Origin: a virus | Lineage: Duplodnaviria; Caudoviricetes | Strand: one strand, 5' to 3' | Virus record (IMG/VR): IMGVR_UViG_3300044620_000612 | Coordinates: 1 to 50,531 of that record | Length of the DNA: 50,531 nucleotides | Shown: positions 46,042-50,531 of the stretch, piece after piece | Layout of the letters: each line of letters begins with the position of its first letter | Numbering within the stretch: position 1 is the stretch's first letter | Program-made: the position numbers and the translations under genes | The notes under the pieces: model-generated | Seen by the model: the letters and a program-made list of their open reading frames with translations, nothing else | Databases searched by the model: none | Told to the model about the DNA's origin: nothing

Positions 46042-47493
46042 ATGCCAATTACTGAAGTAAGACCAGCATCGGCAATCGTTACAGCGACAACAAATGTCAC
46101 TGTGGCTACCAATGTCTGCGGTGATCTGCCATCAACAATTCCAGTCAATATTGACTGCTCACTGTGCAATCTTGGATTCCCCCAATTTGGCGGAAGAATT
46201 TCAATTAGTTTCTATGGGCCAATTTGTCCACCAGCTACAAATCCAAGTCCCAGTTTTTGGCTTGGATCAGCAGCAAAGGAAGCGCAATGGCAATGTCCTA
46301 ATCCCGGTATGAATGCTGAGCCCAACCCCAATAGGTGGGTGGCTACTGGATACTTTGGTGGAATTGCATCTGGATCATGTGCTAACCAATACAAATTTGA
46401 AGCCCAATTAAATGCGATAAATTACACGCAAATCAATGTATCCGTAAATGTATATGTTTTAGTCCCAGCAACTGGTGGTGCTACTTGGTCATTGTATTCA
46501 GCCTTTAGCGAAACAATGACTGAAACGCCAAGTATAGATACGAGTCTTTACAGGAGCAGGGCATTTCAATCGCCAACTTATATGTCTTTGACAGTCAGTC
46601 AGAATGGTGGAAAAGGCGATCCAGTAAGCTACTACAAGATGGTGGTTGGCACTGAGAGTATGCGGGTTGGGTGTGGAGATCCATCAGCAGCTGGAAACGG
46701 TGTTCCAGATGTATGCGGAATGTGGGATGGTTCTCAATGGCTTAGCTGTATGCGTGGATTTATCAAATCGACTGGCAATACATCAATCAGGGAATTTACC
46801 CAACTGGGATTTAACCCTTCTGGTTGTGGAGGAGTTGGTGGAACTCCATGCGAATGTGACACAATAAATTTAACTGCAACATCTCCACCGACTGGAACGA
46901 CGACATACAATTTTGATCCATCATTTGTAACGAGCTACGGGGTACTTGGAATAACAGGTGGAATTGAGGCAGTTGGCGCACGGCAGCAACTGCAAATAGC
47001 CAAGGGGACTGATTGCGGAATAGCGGTAGTTGTAAAGCAAATAAACAATGGGACGATTTACATTTGCACTAATGACAACGGGGCTGGATGGATCTGTTCT
47101 GCTGCAACATTGGCCCAAGCAAATAGTCCACACATATTGACGGCATCACGATCAACCTTTGTTGTCTATCTGTACTCGCTCAATTTTCCCAATCCTGAAT
47201 TACTTTCAACAGAATGTTATACCCCACCAGCTGAGGGATTCATTCCTCTAGAAATCCCGGCACAAGCTGAAATTGTGCAAGAACCAATCCCAGAGGATCA
47301 ATCTCAAATCAAGATGCTGAGGCGGATGAAATTGAACTGCATCCACCTTGGAGAAGTAATAGCCAATTCAAATCGAGGTGGTTGTGGATCATGCTCAAAA
47401 TATAAATGCGCCATTCATGGAGAATGCAGGAAAATAGATAATCTAAATGAAGTAGCACAGTGTGTGACTTGCGAGGATTATTCCAATGGCTAA
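46042..47493 (+). CDS. Cys-rich minor tail protein with C-terminal Cys cluster
   Basis: CIHLGE...GCGSC..YKCAIHGEC...CVTCEDY. Confidence 0.6.
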   Translation: MPITEVRPASAIVTATTNVTVATNVCGDLPSTIPVNIDCSLCNLGFPQFGGRISISFYGPICPPATNPSPSFWLGSAAKEAQWQCPNPGMNAEPNPNRWVATGYFGGIASGSCANQYKFEAQLNAINYTQINVSVNVYVLVPATGGATWSLYSAFSETMTETPSIDTSLYRSRAFQSPTYMSLTVSQNGGKGDPVSYYKMVVGTESMRVGCGDPSAAGNGVPDVCGMWDGSQWLSCMRGFIKSTGNTSIREFTQLGFNPSGCGGVGGTPCECDTINLTATSPPTGTTTYNFDPSFVTSYGVLGITGGIEAVGARQQLQIAKGTDCGIAVVVKQINNGTIYICTNDNGAGWICSAATLAQANSPHILTASRSTFVVYLYSLNFPNPELLSTECYTPPAEGFIPLEIPAQAEIVQEPIPEDQSQIKMLRRMKLNCIHLGEVIANSNRGGCGSCSKYKCAIHGECRKIDNLNEVAQCVTCEDYSNG

Positions 47494-47908
47494 TTTCGTA
47501 TACAATAGTTTTTGCTATGATTTATGCTATAATACAATAAAAATCCCAACAGATGTATTCTACATGATGCTTGTTACATCGGCATACACTCCGGACAGGG
47601 CGCATTCCAAACGGAGTTCAATAACGAATGAAGTGTCAGGGGCGGGTTATACTGCTGGCGGGAAACAGGTAACCATGCTCCTCCAGACTGTAGATAATAC
47701 GAATAACGATGTTGAAATTTTCTTCGATACTGTAACTTGGGCATCTTCGTCCATCACTGCCCGTGGAGCAGTCATTTATAAGAGGCGAGGCGGGCCATCA
47801 TATTCAGATGAACTTATCCAATATATAGATTTTGTGACTGACAGAACTAGCAGTTCAGGCGATTTTATTGTCGCAATGGACGATTCACTTAAATTTCAAT
47901 ATATATAA
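47486..47908 (+). CDS. Conserved tail-associated protein (paralogue 1)
   Basis: VYNSF...MMLVTSAYTP...NEVSGAGYTAGG...ITARGAVIYK. Confidence 0.75.
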   Translation: MANFVYNSFCYDLCYNTIKIPTDVFYMMLVTSAYTPDRAHSKRSSITNEVSGAGYTAGGKQVTMLLQTVDNTNNDVEIFFDTVTWASSSITARGAVIYKRRGGPSYSDELIQYIDFVTDRTSSSGDFIVAMDDSLKFQYI

Positions 47909-47911
47909 GTA

Positions 47912-47940
47912 TTGCATGGCCTATATTTCTCAATTATATT
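47912..47940 (+). promoter_or_regulatory. Putative sigma-70-like promoter
   Basis: TTGCAT-N17-TATATT in an intergenic gap. Confidence 0.4.
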
Positions 47941-47979
47941 GAATCAATAATCAATATTGAATTTGAGAGATCATACTGC

Positions 47980-48255
47980 ATGGACTGGCTCAAATTTGTC
48001 GAGCAGTATGGACTTGCATCAGCAGGGCTAGTTGCCGTGTTCTGGTATGTAGTTTTACCGCTAAAAGACCGGCATATTAAGTTCTTAGATACAACTGAAG
48101 AAACGAATAAATCTTTGGCTAGAACGATTGAAAAACAAGCTGAAATACTTGAAGGCGTACAAACTGGTCTAGAACGGATGAATAGTAAAATAGATAAGAT
48201 GGAAGAAGTAGTTGAGAAACTAAGCGTTGTAACTCAGCATCTTAGGATGCCATAA
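47980..48255 (+). CDS. Holin-like protein (single N-terminal TM + coiled coil, BhlA-like)
   Basis: EQYGLASAGLVAVFWYVV followed by a heptad-rich tail. Confidence 0.55.
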   Translation: MDWLKFVEQYGLASAGLVAVFWYVVLPLKDRHIKFLDTTEETNKSLARTIEKQAEILEGVQTGLERMNSKIDKMEEVVEKLSVVTQHLRMP

Positions 48256-48268
48256 CTGGGGGTAAATC

Positions 48269-48697
48269 ATGCCAAGTCTTGTTTATAACTCGTTCATGCG
48301 AGACATAGCCACAGGGCAAGTGGACTGTGATACCGACACTTTCAAGATGATGTTGGTAACCAGCACTTATACTGCTTCAAAGTCTCACGCAAAGCGTAGC
48401 GATATTACAAATGAGGTTGCTGCTGGTAGCGGTTATACGACAGGCGGAAATGCTTGTGCGTTGACTGTTGCAGCTACGGACAATGTGAACAACGATGTTG
48501 AAATTTCGTTCTCTGTCACCTCGTGGACGAGTGCTACGATCACCGCACGGGCAGGCGTGATCTACAAGTCTCGTGGTGGTCTTGCTACGGCGGATGAGCT
48601 TGTTGGCTATGTCGATTTCTTGTCAAACATAACCTCGACAAACGGCACTTTTGCCGTGACTGTATCCACACCATTGAGTCTGACAAACCCAAGCTAG
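48269..48697 (+). CDS. Conserved tail-associated protein (paralogue 2)
   Basis: Aligns end to end with 47486-47908. Confidence 0.75.
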   Translation: MPSLVYNSFMRDIATGQVDCDTDTFKMMLVTSTYTASKSHAKRSDITNEVAAGSGYTTGGNACALTVAATDNVNNDVEISFSVTSWTSATITARAGVIYKSRGGLATADELVGYVDFLSNITSTNGTFAVTVSTPLSLTNPS

Positions 48698-48712
48698 TTA
48701 GGATGATCACCA

Positions 48713-50531
48713 ATGGCGTTGATCAAAGCGGACAGGGTTAAAGAATCATCGACAAGCACCGGGGCAAGCACTTTCGCATTAGCGGGTGCTTTTACTGGTT
48801 TTCGAGCCTTTAGCTCTGTCTGCTCGGTTGGTGACACTTTTTACTATGTAATTGATTCTGACTTGGGAAGCGAGTGGGAGACTGGATTAGGCACTTATTC
48901 GGCAGCTAATACGCTGACTCGCACGACTGTCCATGCCAGCAGCAATGGCGGAAGCATTGTTACATTTTCAGCCGGTACGAAAAATGTTTACATTTCTCTT
49001 ACCGGGAATCAGCTTGGAACGCTGTCTACCTTGACTGGTAGCGAAACCCTCACAAACAAAACGATCAACGCCAGCAACAACACTATCACAAATGTTTCGC
49101 TAACCTCTGGCGTGACTGGCACTCTGCCACTAGCCAACGGTGGCACAGGCACAACTACAGCACAATTAGCAATTAACGCCCTAGCTGGTGCGGTTACAAG
49201 TGGATCGTATCTCAGAGGCAACGGCACTAATGTTGTCATGGCTACGATTGCTGCTGGTGATGTACCGACGCTGAATCAGAACACTACCGGCACAGCATCA
49301 GGATCGGTAAGCGGGACGGCTTCGTATCTGGCGAAGTTTACTGGTACTAATGTGGTGGGTAATTCGCAGATTATTGATAACGGTACAAGCGTTGGCATCG
49401 GCGCAGTTCCAGTTTCTGGATACACCGGGTATCGTCTACAAGTTGGCAATAGTGCTGATGTTCAAACATTTATCGTAATTGGCAACTCGACATCAGGTCT
49501 AGGCCCAACTAATGGCCTGATCGTAGGCAATGACAGCGGCAACGCTTACCTGATGAACAACGAGAATACTAGGCTTCGCATTGGCAATAATGGCAGCGAT
49601 CACTTTGTAATTGATGCTACTGGCGCAGTAGGAATTAACCAGTTTACGCCTGCATCACAACTTCATGTCACTACCGCAGCAGCAGCAACTAAGGGGCTCA
49701 TAGTCAAAGGTGCATCAGCGCAGTCAGCGAATTTGCAAGAATGGCAAAATAGTGCTGGGACGGCGTTGGCTAGCGTTAATTCTGCGGGCTCAATATCTGC
49801 GGGCTCAATCTACTCAAACAGGTTTTCACAGAACCGCTTCAACAAAATATCTACTTCCAGATCGTTACCTACTACAGTTGGCGACTATGTTGAGATTTGC
49901 AACTTTACCGAGAATGGTGGCAAGTACACGATAGTTATATCGTGCGACCAAGCTGGCGTAGGTCAGGTATCAAAAAAGTACGAGTTTGTTTGCGCCTATC
50001 AAACGCAGCAAGGCGTAATTCCTCCATCTTATGTAGTCTGGAATAGTGCATCAACAACGCCAACAAATGATTTTCATTTAGAAATCGTGAGACTGCCATC
50101 CGCATACGATGGCAGAATAAGGATTAAGCGTGTTGCCGGAACGGCGGCAATAACACTTTTTATTGATGTAGAGTACTCTGGAATTGGATCGCTCACCGAA
50201 TACAGCGGCACAGGTACATCATCGCTAACATCGTACACAAGCACCTACAATTACCAGATGTATGCTGCTCCGCCGCCGCCTTCTGGCAATAGCTACTCAG
50301 GCAACAGCTTCCCGATTTACGGCGGTAACGCAGCAGGCACAGGCAATGGTGGGAGCATAACGCTCTACACAGGAGCAGGTGCAGGCGGCGGCGTAGGCGG
50401 TGCAATTCTGAGTCGAAGTCAAGCGGACTCGTACAACCGAAGCAGTAAGTTCATCTTAGTCAGGAGCATCCCTGATACTGTTGGCAACTATGTGGAGCTT
50501 GGGAGAATTGGCTGGCTAGCCGGAGCGATCC
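48713..50531 (+). CDS. Tail fibre/adhesin, N-terminal part (runs off the contig end)
   Basis: MALIKADRVKESSTSTG virion-anchor-type N-terminus, GTLPLANGGTG, NLQEWQN repeat; open to 50531 and in frame with the repeat at 452-661. Confidence 0.85.
   Translation, partial: MALIKADRVKESSTSTGASTFALAGAFTGFRAFSSVCSVGDTFYYVIDSDLGSEWETGLGTYSAANTLTRTTVHASSNGGSIVTFSAGTKNVYISLTGNQLGTLSTLTGSETLTNKTINASNNTITNVSLTSGVTGTLPLANGGTGTTTAQLAINALAGAVTSGSYLRGNGTNVVMATIAAGDVPTLNQNTTGTASGSVSGTASYLAKFTGTNVVGNSQIIDNGTSVGIGAVPVSGYTGYRLQVGNSADVQTFIVIGNSTSGLGPTNGLIVGNDSGNAYLMNNENTRLRIGNNGSDHFVIDATGAVGINQFTPASQLHVTTAAAATKGLIVKGASAQSANLQEWQNSAGTALASVNSAGSISAGSIYSNRFSQNRFNKISTSRSLPTTVGDYVEICNFTENGGKYTIVISCDQAGVGQVSKKYEFVCAYQTQQGVIPPSYVVWNSASTTPTNDFHLEIVRLPSAYDGRIRIKRVAGTAAITLFIDVEYSGIGSLTEYSGTGTSSLTSYTSTYNYQMYAAPPPPSGNSYSGNSFPIYGGNAAGTGNGGSITLYTGAGAGGGVGGAILSRSQADSYNRSSKFILVRSIPDTVGNYVELGRIGWLAGAI
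50322..50531 (+). repeat. Near-identical copy of 452-661
   Basis: Direct comparison of the two segments. Confidence 0.95.

Noticed and set aside
26515-48700. Apparent abundance of CAGCTG and CAATTG
   Set aside because: Plausibly explained by GCA-GCT and xCA-ATT codon pairs; enrichment cannot be shown without computation.

Overview
The window is an essentially complete, circularly permuted ~50 kb tailed dsDNA phage genome of siphovirus type. The host is probably a Planctomycete (inference from gene content). No integrase, DNA polymerase or CRISPR array is visible. Layout: tail fibre and lysis genes (1-8.6 kb, +); replication/regulation arm (8.6-20.25 kb, -) with primase-helicase, SF1 helicase, SSAP, SSB, a CsrA-like protein and two sigma-70-like factors; structured non-coding/origin-like DNA (20.3-22.8 kb); an AT-rich early module with consensus promoters and a repeated leader motif (22.6-26.3 kb); packaging, head and tail genes (26.5-50.5 kb, +). 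The strongest observation is a 302-aa intein in the Walker A loop of the large terminase. It has no recognisable in-frame nuclease, but encodes an HTH-HNH homing-endonuclease-like protein on the opposite strand, with its own RBS and promoter. Also notable: about 25 AAGCTT palindromes concentrated in the early module, a possible phage Csr circuit, two anticodon-less tRNA-like elements, sigma-54-type sites, a degenerate ParB-methyltransferase, and a contig end that rejoins inside the tail fibre gene. All family assignments come from motif recognition by eye, not database searches.
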